A stretch of 63,909 bases of DNA, counting the filler, from an uncultured bacterium (GTDB lineage: Bacteria > B130-G9): the NCBI GenBank assembly GCA_965372715.1. It is 3 parts of 3 records of this genome, joined end to end, with 100 filler letters (N's around TTAATTAATTAA, not from the genome) between each part and the next. Parts side by side here need not be neighbours in the genome. Positions count along the whole stretch, not along the records: positions 23,348 to 45,554 come from CBDVDH010000059.1; 2 more parts are not named here. The stretch is one strand, 5' to 3'. Positions within the stretch are counted from its first letter, which is position 1, and each line of letters begins with the position of its first letter. A model generated the notes under the pieces. That model did not search any database. It was not told the origin of the DNA and worked only from the letters and a program-made list of their open reading frames with translations. Below, piece after piece: positions 27,827 through 36,849 of the stretch. The translations under genes and the position numbers were made by a program.

Positions 27827-30089
27827 GTTCAAGCTCTATTAACATTATTTTGTCGGTGGTTATGCCCAACATCTCAAGTAACGCTCTAAGTGTTGAAATC
27901 GTATCCCGGACGTCCAGGCCCGAGCCATACCGACAATCATCCGCACCACAGCCCACAATAACTACACTGCCAACGCCCGTCTCCAGCGCCTTCATGAGCA
28001 GCCAAGCCGGGAGCCTGCCAGTGCAGAGAAGATCGACAAACGTCGCATCATTGCCGAGGCGCTTTTCTAGGGCTCGGAACGCCTGCGGATACTTGGCCTT
28101 GGCCCAGATGCACGTCAGGACGACGGTTCCGGTTGCATCAAGCACTGCTTTGGCCAGACGTTCGTTCGAGAAGTGCATCTGATCGAGGGCGCCGGTCGGG
28201 CAATTGGCAATACACGAGCCACAGCCCCTGCACAGGGCGCTGTCAAGAATCGGCACGATCCTTCCGTCCATGCGGCACGCAATCCTTATCGCCGTGTATG
28301 AGCAGACATCGCTGCAAATGCCACAGCCTATGCAGAGGTCTTCGTTCGCGATGGCCACGATCGGCGTCACGGTCATCTCAGGCGGCACGTGTTCGTCATC
28401 GGTCTGCAAGATCGCCTTGATGGGGGCCTCCTCCTTGGCGAGGATGTTCTCAAGATCGGTCTTGCGTATCTTGAGCAGCTCAGCCTCGCCCCAAGAGCCT
28501 TGCTCCTGAGCGCTCGCTATCAGCGCGACATAGCGGCCATCACATTCATTGATGCAAAGCTCACATTCTGAGCAGGCGCCGCACATCAGACATCTTGACG
28601 CCTCGTCCCTTGCCTGCCCGCCAGTGTATGCCATTTCGACCTCATCAAAGCTCCGCACGCTCTCGGTCGCGTCAATGGATGGCGGTTGGATTCTCTTCTC
28701 CTCGACGCTTGGAGCCCGGACCATCTCAAACCTGACCGGGAAATGACGCTCTTCTTTCTCGACTAACTTCGCCTCACCACTCTCAATGAACGATGCGATT
28801 GCCTCAGCTGCGCGGTGGGCAGCGCCGATGGCATCAACAGCAGCTGCTGGCCCAGAGACGACATCACCGGCTGCGAAAACAGCGGGCCGAGATGTGGCGC
28901 AGGTGTGCTCATCGGCCAGAATTGTGCCCCATCGTGTCACCTCAATCCCGTGCTGGCCTCCAAGAAAGCCGAGCTCAGGTCGCTGCCCAAGCGCCGCGAT
29001 CACTGAATCGCAGTCAATCAAGAACTCGCTGGCCTCGATCGGCACGGGCCGCCTGCGACCGCTTGCGTCCGGCTCGCCGAGGCGCATCTTTCTCAGCTCA
29101 AGCGAACTGACCTTCCCGCCGGCGCCCGATATCCGCGTGGGTGCGACGAGAAAATCAATCTCGATCCCTTCCTTCACGGCCTCGTCGATCTCGTAATCCC
29201 TCGCCGGCATCTCTACCCTCGAGCGTCGATATGCGACTCGAACCTCGTCGGCGCCAAGGCGCAGGGCCACTCTCGCTGAATCGATCGCGGAATCGCCGCC
29301 GCCAATAACGATGACTCTCTTGCCGATACTTCTGTTGCCGTGCAGATTGACAGACGCCAGGAATGAGATGGCGTCCAGAACGCCTTCAAGGTCTTCGCCT
29401 TCGAGGCCCAGCGCAATGCCTTTATGTGCGCCGGTAGCGATCAGGACCGCCCCGTAGCCTTGTCCAAGGAGTTCCTCGATGCCGAGGTCACGACCAACAT
29501 TGACTCCAGCCTTGAGCTCAATGCCTTCGCGGAGGATTTCCTCGGTCTCAAGAGCCAGGATGTCGCGAGGAAGCCTGAACGGCGGGATACCGGCCAGCAA
29601 CATGCCGCCGGGCTTCTCAAACCGGTCGAAGACCGTTACGCCGAATCCTTTTAGTAGCAGATCGTGCGCGGCCGTCAGACCCGCCGGGCCAGCGCCAATT
29701 ATCGCCACCTTTTCTGGCCGTGTAGGGGATAGGCGCTTCATGATCCTCCCACCCCGGCGGAGCTCGTAGTCAGCAACGAACCGCTTCAGGAAGCAGATGG
29801 CGACCGGATCATCGAACTGCCCACGAATGCAGTGGGACTCACAGGGACGGCTACAGATGCGCCCGATCACGCCCGGCAATGGGATATGTCCCCGAACGAC
29901 TCTCAGCGCCTCGTCAAATCGCCCCTCCGCTGCCAGCGCCACGTATGCCTTAGCGTTCACACCAGCGGGACAGGCGACGTTGCACGGGGGCCGGTCTACA
30001 TCAATCAGCGCCCAAGCCGCGCGTTCCTTCTCAAAGACTAGCTGGTGCGTGCCGATTTCAGTCGGCTTATCAAGTTCGTTTCGACTCAA
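27816..30089 (-). CDS. GltD/NfnB-like FAD-NAD(P) oxidoreductase fused to HdrA-type ferredoxin motifs and an MvhD domain (HdrL-like)
   Basis: PPCNVACP...GRICSRPCESHC, IGAGPAG, IGGGDSAID, RCLMCGACSECELC, CIGCGIC/CRGCGSC..CP, C-terminal CTGR...VGC...DCRY. Confidence 0.88.
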   Translation of the reverse strand: MSRNELDKPTEIGTHQLVFEKERAAWALIDVDRPPCNVACPAGVNAKAYVALAAEGRFDEALRVVRGHIPLPGVIGRICSRPCESHCIRGQFDDPVAICFLKRFVADYELRRGGRIMKRLSPTRPEKVAIIGAGPAGLTAAHDLLLKGFGVTVFDRFEKPGGMLLAGIPPFRLPRDILALETEEILREGIELKAGVNVGRDLGIEELLGQGYGAVLIATGAHKGIALGLEGEDLEGVLDAISFLASVNLHGNRSIGKRVIVIGGGDSAIDSARVALRLGADEVRVAYRRSRVEMPARDYEIDEAVKEGIEIDFLVAPTRISGAGGKVSSLELRKMRLGEPDASGRRRPVPIEASEFLIDCDSVIAALGQRPELGFLGGQHGIEVTRWGTILADEHTCATSRPAVFAAGDVVSGPAAAVDAIGAAHRAAEAIASFIESGEAKLVEKEERHFPVRFEMVRAPSVEEKRIQPPSIDATESVRSFDEVEMAYTGGQARDEASRCLMCGACSECELCINECDGRYVALIASAQEQGSWGEAELLKIRKTDLENILAKEEAPIKAILQTDDEHVPPEMTVTPIVAIANEDLCIGCGICSDVCSYTAIRIACRMDGRIVPILDSALCRGCGSCIANCPTGALDQMHFSNERLAKAVLDATGTVVLTCIWAKAKYPQAFRALEKRLGNDATFVDLLCTGRLPAWLLMKALETGVGSVVIVGCGADDCRYGSGLDVRDTISTLRALLEMLGITTDKIMLIELEHDD

Positions 30090-30141
30090 ACCCGAACGAT
30101 CTTCTTGGACAAGTGAGATTCACGAGATTAACGCGGCGGCC

Positions 30142-30170
30142 AGAATGCAACCTTTGGGCCAGTCTGTCAA
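30142..30170 (-). promoter_or_regulatory. Putative sigma70 promoter of the Hdr/dehydrogenase operon
   Basis: Minus strand TTGACA-N17-CATTCT. Confidence 0.5.
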
Positions 30171-30226
30171 CGACCAACGGTGAGGAGTTTCCCCATTGGG
30201 GAAACGGGGAAAAAGGGGAAAAGGGC

Positions 30227-30255
30227 AAAGAAAGGCCCGGACGAATGCCCGGGCC
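30227..30255 (-). terminator. Rho-independent terminator after hsp20
   Basis: GGCCCGG-loop-CCGGGCC followed by TTTCTTT on the minus strand. Confidence 0.65.
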
Positions 30256-30287
30256 CGAACCAAATCCAATCTATTTAGCCTTGCAGC

Positions 30288-30740
30288 TTATTTGCCTTCG
30301 ACCTCGATCTTGATCTGCTTAGGCTTCGCCTCCTCGGCCTTCGGAAGCGTTACATGCAGGACCCCATCCTTGAACGTGGCCTTGATCTTGTCCTTGTGCA
30401 CGCGCCTCGGCAGAGCAAACGAGCGAGTGAAGCAACCGTAGCTTCTCTCAACGCGGTGGTAGTTCTCGTCCTTGACCTCCTTCGACATCGTGCGCTCACC
30501 AGAAAGCGTCAGGACGTCATTCTCGAGAGAAATGTCCACATCGGACGCGCTCAAGCCCGGCAATTCAGCCCTCAGCTCGATGGCTTCCTTCGTCTCGAAG
30601 ACATCAACCGCCGGTGACCAATCGCCCTTAACCATTGGCGAAAGCTCGCCCTTTCTTTGGAACGCGTCGTCAAAGAGGCGGTTCATCCTCTCCTGAAATG
30701 AGATCAGGTCTCTCAACGGCTCCCATCTCACTAGTGCCAT
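30288..30740 (-). CDS. Small heat shock protein (Hsp20/alpha-crystallin)
   Basis: WSPAVDVFE, AELPG, ERSYGCFTRSFALP, ATFKDGVL, C-terminal IKI; AGGAGG RBS before MALVRW. Confidence 0.95.
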   Translation of the reverse strand: MALVRWEPLRDLISFQERMNRLFDDAFQRKGELSPMVKGDWSPAVDVFETKEAIELRAELPGLSASDVDISLENDVLTLSGERTMSKEVKDENYHRVERSYGCFTRSFALPRRVHKDKIKATFKDGVLHVTLPKAEEAKPKQIKIEVEGK

Positions 30741-30794
30741 TTTCAAATCCTCCTGTAGTTGAAGTTTGAGTTTGACATTCATATCTTCCACTAG

Positions 30795-30825
30795 CGACTA
30801 TAAATCCTTAGTCGGTATTTGTCAA
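30795..30825 (-). promoter_or_regulatory. hsp20 promoter with overlapping palindromic operator
   Basis: TTGACA-N17-TATAGT on the minus strand; CGACTA-N8-TAGTCG at 30795-30814. Confidence 0.6.
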
Positions 30826-31008
30826 GTAGTTTTATATGCCTCTTTACATATTTAACCAGAACCCCACTCCGAAGCCATACTCACAACTGACAAATGAGCA
30901 AACGCTCAAACCAACAAGTGACGCCCAACACACAAGAACTTGACGCGACCGCCTATAACACTCTATAAGAGATCAATCGAGCCAACACGCATCATCAAGG
31001 GAAATGAC

Positions 31009-31827
31009 TTGAGAATCCCTCTATTTCGCGGTCTGAAGGAGCTCTACACGAGGCGCGAGGTCCTGCTGAACCTCGTGATGCGCGACCTTGAGGTCAAATA
31101 CAAAGGCTCTGTGATCGGGATATTCTGGTCGCTTCTGAACCCGGTCATGATGCTGCTCATCTATACAGTCGTTTTTCGGTATGTTATCGGGATGAACGTC
31201 AAGAACTTCCCGGTTTTCTTCATGTGCGGCTTTCTGCCCTGGGTATTTCTCTCCAATTCGGTGACAATGGCCGCGCCGTCCGTGGTCAACAACCCCAACC
31301 TCGTCCGCAAGGTCTATATGCCCAGGGCCATAATCCCGCTGTCCGCGATGGCCGCCTGCCTGGTGGAGTTCGTGATGACGCTCGTCATTTTGCTTCTCGC
31401 GCTGCCGCTGTTCGGGCACGCCCCGGGCCTTAAAGCCTTCCTCCTTCCGCTGATAGTCGTTCTACAAGCAGTTTTCGTTGGTGGGCTGGCGCTGCTCTTT
31501 TCGGCGAGCACGGTGCACTTCAGGGACATCAAGCACCTGCTGGACGTTCTTCTAATCGTCTGGTTCTGGCTCACGCCGATCATCTATCCGTTGAGCAAGG
31601 TGCAGTCCCTCGATCTGCCCTGGCCTCCTCTGAACAGCGTCGTTGCGGGCCTGATAAACTACAACCCAATGTCCGTCTTCGTCTCGGTCTATAGGGCAGT
31701 TCTGCTTCAAAACGCGCTCCCGCCGGCAACGACAATAGCGATGCTGCTTATCTACGCGTTCGGCGCCGCGGCAATTGGATGGATTCTGTTCTCACGGTCG
31801 AGCGCTCGATTTGCCGAGGTAGTATGA
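31009..31827 (+). CDS. wzm: Polysaccharide/O-antigen ABC-2 permease (Wzm/RfbA)
   Basis: RDLEVKYKGSVIGIFWSLLNP, LVRKVYMPR, FRDIKHL, WFWLTPIIYP, NPM; start uncertain. Confidence 0.9.
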   Translation: MRIPLFRGLKELYTRREVLLNLVMRDLEVKYKGSVIGIFWSLLNPVMMLLIYTVVFRYVIGMNVKNFPVFFMCGFLPWVFLSNSVTMAAPSVVNNPNLVRKVYMPRAIIPLSAMAACLVEFVMTLVILLLALPLFGHAPGLKAFLLPLIVVLQAVFVGGLALLFSASTVHFRDIKHLLDVLLIVWFWLTPIIYPLSKVQSLDLPWPPLNSVVAGLINYNPMSVFVSVYRAVLLQNALPPATTIAMLLIYAFGAAAIGWILFSRSSARFAEVV

Positions 31828-31867
31828 AATTGGGTCAAGGGGTCAATAGGGCTAATGGGTCAATTGG

Positions 31868-32677
31868 GTGATCGAAGCAGCTAGCGGCAATTCTGCACAG
31901 TTCAGGCCGAGTGATTCGGAGGTTATCTCTGTCCGAGGCGCCTCAAAGAAGTATCGGGTGTATTACGAGAAGAGCGAGAACATCAAGTATCTCATCATCA
32001 ACCTTCTGAAGGGCAAACGGGACAGGTATCGCGACTTGTGGGCGCTCAGCGACATCACGCTCTCCGTTGCCCAAGGCGAGACGGTAGGGATAATCGGCGA
32101 GAACGGCTCAGGCAAGAGCACGCTCCTGAAGCTATTGTCGCGAATCCTGCTCCCAGACGCGGGATCGGTCGAGGTCAACGGCAAGGTGGCGACGCTACTG
32201 GAGCTCGGCTCGGGCTTTTCTATGGAGCTCTCGGGCCGAAAGAACATCTTCATGAACGCCTCGATACTGGGCCTGTCGAGGAAAGAGGCGCGGGCACGGC
32301 TTGATGAGATGATCACGTTCTCGGAGCTCGACGAGTTCATAAACGCCCCGATCAAGAGCTACTCCAGCGGGATGCTCGTTCGACTCGGCTTTGCGGTCGC
32401 CATAAACGTCGAGGCGGACATCTTTCTCATCGACGAAATTCTTGCAGTCGGCGACGAGCGCTTCCAGAAGAAATGCCTCGAGCGCATCAGGGACATGCAG
32501 CGCATGGGCAAGACGATAGCCCTGGTCTCGCACAACGTGGACACCATCGCCGAGTTCTGTAACCGCGCAATCCTGCTCTCGAAAGGAAGAATCGTGGCTG
32601 ATGGCAAGCCGGACGAGGTGATTGACGCGTATAGGGGAGTTCCAAGTTCCAAGTTTCAAGTTTCAAGGCCAACATGA
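31868..32677 (+). CDS. wzt: Polysaccharide ABC transporter ATP-binding protein (Wzt/RfbB), no C-terminal carbohydrate-binding domain
   Basis: GENGSGKST, YSSGMLVRLGF, IDEILAVGD, LVSH. Confidence 0.92.
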   Translation: MIEAASGNSAQFRPSDSEVISVRGASKKYRVYYEKSENIKYLIINLLKGKRDRYRDLWALSDITLSVAQGETVGIIGENGSGKSTLLKLLSRILLPDAGSVEVNGKVATLLELGSGFSMELSGRKNIFMNASILGLSRKEARARLDEMITFSELDEFINAPIKSYSSGMLVRLGFAVAINVEADIFLIDEILAVGDERFQKKCLERIRDMQRMGKTIALVSHNVDTIAEFCNRAILLSKGRIVADGKPDEVIDAYRGVPSSKFQVSRPT

Positions 32678-32840
32678 GAGGGCTGGTTCTGCGTTGTCTA
32701 AGCTTGCTTCGTGGCTCTTCGTGTTCTTCGTGGCTGGAGGCTACATTCAATCAGGGATCCACTAAGGACACTAAGACACACGAAGAGATGGACGAGCTTT
32801 TCTTCTCATGTCTATTCGTGTTCATTCGTGGTTCCCTCCC

Positions 32841-33314
32841 ATGAGACGTTATGAGATCATCGGGACGACGGCGGACGCGGGCGTTGTCGCCTACGGCAAG
32901 TCACTCGAGGCGCTCTTTGCGAACGCCGCGGCGGGGATGTTCGCGCTGATATTCGGCGCCGAGCCTCGCAGCCTCCTGTCGGACAGGACGGAGACCTTTA
33001 GGATATCCGCGATCGACCCCGAGGCGCTCCTCGTCGCGTTTCTCTCGGAGCTCCTCTGGCGCTTCGATACACACCTCCTCGTCCCGACAGGATACGATTT
33101 GAGTATCCAAGCGGGAGCGGCTACAGGGCGCCCGAAACCAGACGCCAGCGATGAGCAGCTTGACCAAGTAACGCTTGAGGCCAAGATAGGCTTCGTGGCC
33201 CTCTCAGGCATGGACCTCTCCCCCACCACCGACGTTAAGGCCGTAACAATGCACAACCTCGCCATCAAGACAGACAGGGGCGTCCTGAGCGCTAAGGTCA
33301 TCTTTGATATCTGA
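32841..33314 (+). CDS. Archease (SHS2 domain; RtcB cofactor)
   Basis: YEIIGTTADAG..AYG..LE.LF.NAA, LL..FLSELL, VKAVTMH, VIFDI. Confidence 0.88.
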   Translation: MRRYEIIGTTADAGVVAYGKSLEALFANAAAGMFALIFGAEPRSLLSDRTETFRISAIDPEALLVAFLSELLWRFDTHLLVPTGYDLSIQAGAATGRPKPDASDEQLDQVTLEAKIGFVALSGMDLSPTTDVKAVTMHNLAIKTDRGVLSAKVIFDI

Positions 33315-33456
33315 GCGCCTATGTATGCTTGACACGAGAACTGATCTCCTTCACTATTTGGACGCGAATGCATTGTCGAGACTGTTGAGTTTGGGGAGAT
33401 GCGGGTATCCTGAAACTGGTGCATTGGAGAACTACGACGCGTGAAGGGGACGGTTT

Positions 33457-34887
33457 ATGGTTAATGTGATTCTGATTGCGCTAATGCTTGCCTTCTTGGT
33501 CGCCGGCCTCGTCTTCTCTCGACGTATTCGTCTGACTGAATATACATCATATCGTTCGCGAGGCTCCTTCAGTCAGATACTCTTTTCCCTTCTCGCAACT
33601 CTCCTGGGGGCGTGGATGTTCTTCGGCCTGAGCGCGGTGGGATACGAGGCGGGGATCCTAGGATATGTGATAGGGGCAGGATTCTCCTTCGGCTTGGTTA
33701 TCCTTGCGCTTCTGGTTCCTCGTATCAAGAGGGCAATGATCCTCGAGAATGCGGACACGATGGACGATTTTTTCGGAGCTAGATATGGTAAGGTGGCCCA
33801 AACGGCTGTCTCCCTCATAAACCTGTCGTTTTTTCTCGCTGTGCTTGCGGCGCAGTTCATAGCCATGACGTTGTTTTTGGGCCTGTTCAGCAACTTAGAG
33901 GATAACCTGCTGTTTTGTGTCGCGGTCGCCACCGTCCTTCTCTACACATCCGCCGCGGGGTTCAAGGGCGTTCTTTTTACCGACATTTGGCAGTTCTGGA
34001 TCATCACGGCGACCATCCTTATTGTCTTCTTCGTTCTAAGCTCCAATGTCGATTTGGCAAATGTGGCCTCCCTTAATTCGAAGTACTTCAACGCGACGGG
34101 CTACGGCTCCGGCTTTCTGCTCGGAGTTCTTGTGCTCTTCCCGTTCTCATTTCTGGTTCGAACTGATTTCTGGCAACGGGTTGCCTGCGCAAAGGACATA
34201 AGGTCCGTGCAAAGGGGCCTTTACGCTTGCGCCCCAATCATACTGCTCTTCTACATCGTCATGACCACTATTGGGATTTACGCTCGTGCGGACCTCGGTG
34301 ATAAAGCAAAACCAGACACAAGCGGGCTTGTGCTTTTTCTCCAAACCATAGGCTATTCAGAAGCTGAGCCGACGACTGCAGCGACTCTCTTCGTCGCGGT
34401 TTTCTCGATTGGCTTGCTCATGGCGCTTTTTTCAACTATTGATACGAACCTAAACGTCGTTTCGGTTGCGATTTCGAAACTGCTTAGGAGATCAGACTGG
34501 TCGCGCTTCGAACAGGAAACGCCTGACAAGGTGTCCGGGCCGAGGACTGCTGTGGAGAGCAGCCTACTGTTGACTGCAAGAGTCGTAACCGTAGTTCTGG
34601 GACTTCTCGGTGTGGTCGTCGCCTGGGCGATTCCCGATATCGTCAATTTGATGGTGGGGGCAGCCTCCATGCTGCTGGTCTTCATACCCTCCGTTTATGC
34701 CACGGTCAAGTGGGGGGCTCGAAATGTTCTTCCAGCAACAGTGAGCATCATCGCTGGCTACGCAGCCTTCCTAGCAGCTTTCGTATTAGTGAACCCCAAG
34801 ATAGCCTTTCTGCCCGGAGTATGCGTTTCCTTTATGGCTTACTTTCTATTGCGGTTGCTCTGCAGGAGAAACGGAAGAAATGCCTGA
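33457..34887 (+). CDS. Sodium:solute symporter (SSS) family transporter
   Basis: About 13 TM helices; SLLATLLGA, FFGARYG, YTSAAGFKGVLFTDIWQ, WQRV.CAKD, ALFSTID. Confidence 0.88.
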   Translation: MVNVILIALMLAFLVAGLVFSRRIRLTEYTSYRSRGSFSQILFSLLATLLGAWMFFGLSAVGYEAGILGYVIGAGFSFGLVILALLVPRIKRAMILENADTMDDFFGARYGKVAQTAVSLINLSFFLAVLAAQFIAMTLFLGLFSNLEDNLLFCVAVATVLLYTSAAGFKGVLFTDIWQFWIITATILIVFFVLSSNVDLANVASLNSKYFNATGYGSGFLLGVLVLFPFSFLVRTDFWQRVACAKDIRSVQRGLYACAPIILLFYIVMTTIGIYARADLGDKAKPDTSGLVLFLQTIGYSEAEPTTAATLFVAVFSIGLLMALFSTIDTNLNVVSVAISKLLRRSDWSRFEQETPDKVSGPRTAVESSLLLTARVVTVVLGLLGVVVAWAIPDIVNLMVGAASMLLVFIPSVYATVKWGARNVLPATVSIIAGYAAFLAAFVLVNPKIAFLPGVCVSFMAYFLLRLLCRRNGRNA

Positions 34888-36808
34888 TCGAGGACGCCAG
34901 GGGGAACTTCCGACATGCCCCGGGGGAGAGCGAGCCCAGCCCACAAACCCAAACAGGTTCTTCACATTCGCTGTCGAATACAGCGAAGAAGGATGGGTCG
35001 GCTCCATGGAAGAGAAGAGCATTAAGGACCTCATCGAGCTGGCGGAGAGTAATTTGAATCCCGGCAAGAACAAAGCGCATTTTAATGAGGCTCTCGATGC
35101 GTGTTGTGATTGGTTCTATCCCGGCACTCCTGACAACAAGCGCCCGTGGCGCGGACACCTGGGAACTAAAGGGGATGTCTGGCTGAGGAGGAAGCTGGAG
35201 AGTACCTGGCAGATCGAGTGGTATTGGAAAGTCTTGCTCACATCGCTCCCGCAGTTGCTCACATCGCACCCGCAGTTGAGGACTGTAACGAAGGGGCTGA
35301 ATATCGTCATCCAGTTGTCCATTGTCAGACAATGGGTCATGTTGACAATCTGCAGGATTGATGGTCAGAGACAGGTTCTTCTGAGGCAACCCTTGTTTGG
35401 CAGAAGCCATCGTCTAATTGCCGTGGACCAGTATTGGGTTTACCTTGTCGAGGCAGAGAGGATTCTGAAAGCATGGCAACACGTGAGAACGGCTAGTCCC
35501 ATTGAGAAAGCATATTTTCTTGGACGGCACGATGTGCTGTATAAGCTGAAGATAACCCAGTCCGGTCGAAGTGGGCGCAAATTCAAGATCGGCCTATCGG
35601 CGCGTCTCGACCCGACTCCCTATCAGTCAGATAAGGACTGTCAGAATCCCGATGACCAGTGTTGCGAGCCTATTGACCTCATCACAATCCCCAAATTCGA
35701 GAACAAGGGGGAGCTTGTCGAGAACATCTGTCCCCAATGGGAAGATCGACAGTCTGATGCAACCACGGGATTCTTGCTGGCAAGCGACCACGTCTGTGAG
35801 TCGCTTGAGCTGCTGTCGGACGCCTGGAACGATCCCACAATAAGGGTCGTCCATCTGAACGCGCCGCCCGGGTCAGGTAAGGAGGAACTGAGCAAGATGT
35901 TATACGACTGTCAGGAGTTCAAGGGGAAATTGGCAAAGGTCTCGCTTTCACCAACAGATTTCCAGCGTAACGAGGAGACCATGTTTGGGAAAGGGACAAC
36001 CGTGACGGGCCGTTTTCTCCGAAGATGGCGGGTTACGAGTCGTTTCCAGCCCGGGCTTGTCGAGAAAGCACGAGACGGGATGCTGATTGTTGACGAAATA
36101 GATAAGGCCGGGCAGCCAACCAGGGCATCACTGTTGAGATTGCTGGAGAGCGACGAGTTCTTGCGGCCGGGGTCCAGCACAATCATAAGGATGAAGGATT
36201 GTGCGCCGCAATATGTGTTTTTGACGAGCCAGGAAATGAATCACATCTTTGATGAATGCCCTCCACGCGACTTCTGGACAAGACTCGCGTTTACCATCGT
36301 AATGAAGAACCCATTCGATATTAGCTCCAAAGAAGAGCGGCGGAGGGTCATCGAACAGTACTTCTGGCTGTTCTGGCAGAGGCATATCAAGAAGTTCTTT
36401 GATAGTATGACCGAAGCGCAGAACTTAGGCTATCTTCAGAAGCAGGAGGGGCAGGTCCAGAAAGCTCTGGAGGCCGCAAGGCAATTCACGAAAGACGTTC
36501 GGCACTTCTTCGAGAGCAAGTGGTTCACCCAGTTTGTAAGTAGCGTGGTAAGTGAGGAACTTGATGCCCGGTATGAGAGTATCAGCGTCCGTAACATCCG
36601 CGGCATCGCCGAACGGTGTGTGTACAAGTTTGCCCAGTGGATACTTTACTCTCGACGTTTTGATGAGGAAGAGCATACATCGACCCTGAACAAGTGCATC
36701 AGCGACGGATACAACTACGTGAATATCGGCGCGGATGACCATTTGAGGCGTGTGATCGAGAGGATAGCGAGGAGCTCCTTGGAACGACGAGTGGATTACC
36801 CCGGATAG
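34880..36808 (+). CDS. Sigma54-interaction-like AAA+ ATPase with unknown N-terminal region; no GAFTGA motif or recognisable HTH
   Basis: Walker A APPGSGKE, GLVEKARDGMLIVDEID, SLLRLLE..EF.RPG, DFWTRL, SVRNI; start may be 35006. Confidence 0.75.
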   Translation: MPDRGRQGELPTCPGGERAQPTNPNRFFTFAVEYSEEGWVGSMEEKSIKDLIELAESNLNPGKNKAHFNEALDACCDWFYPGTPDNKRPWRGHLGTKGDVWLRRKLESTWQIEWYWKVLLTSLPQLLTSHPQLRTVTKGLNIVIQLSIVRQWVMLTICRIDGQRQVLLRQPLFGRSHRLIAVDQYWVYLVEAERILKAWQHVRTASPIEKAYFLGRHDVLYKLKITQSGRSGRKFKIGLSARLDPTPYQSDKDCQNPDDQCCEPIDLITIPKFENKGELVENICPQWEDRQSDATTGFLLASDHVCESLELLSDAWNDPTIRVVHLNAPPGSGKEELSKMLYDCQEFKGKLAKVSLSPTDFQRNEETMFGKGTTVTGRFLRRWRVTSRFQPGLVEKARDGMLIVDEIDKAGQPTRASLLRLLESDEFLRPGSSTIIRMKDCAPQYVFLTSQEMNHIFDECPPRDFWTRLAFTIVMKNPFDISSKEERRRVIEQYFWLFWQRHIKKFFDSMTEAQNLGYLQKQEGQVQKALEAARQFTKDVRHFFESKWFTQFVSSVVSEELDARYESISVRNIRGIAERCVYKFAQWILYSRRFDEEEHTSTLNKCISDGYNYVNIGADDHLRRVIERIARSSLERRVDYPG

Positions 36809-36849
36809 GTGTTTGTTGAATTCCGAGACCTTGAAACACGAGGCTTGTT

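Noticed and set aside
27816-30089. Selenocysteine in the HdrA/MvhD-like protein
   Set aside because: The frame is open with Cys at the motif positions; no in-frame TGA
30764-30783. HspR HAIR site upstream of hsp20
   Set aside because: TTTGAGT half-site only; spacing and second arm do not fit
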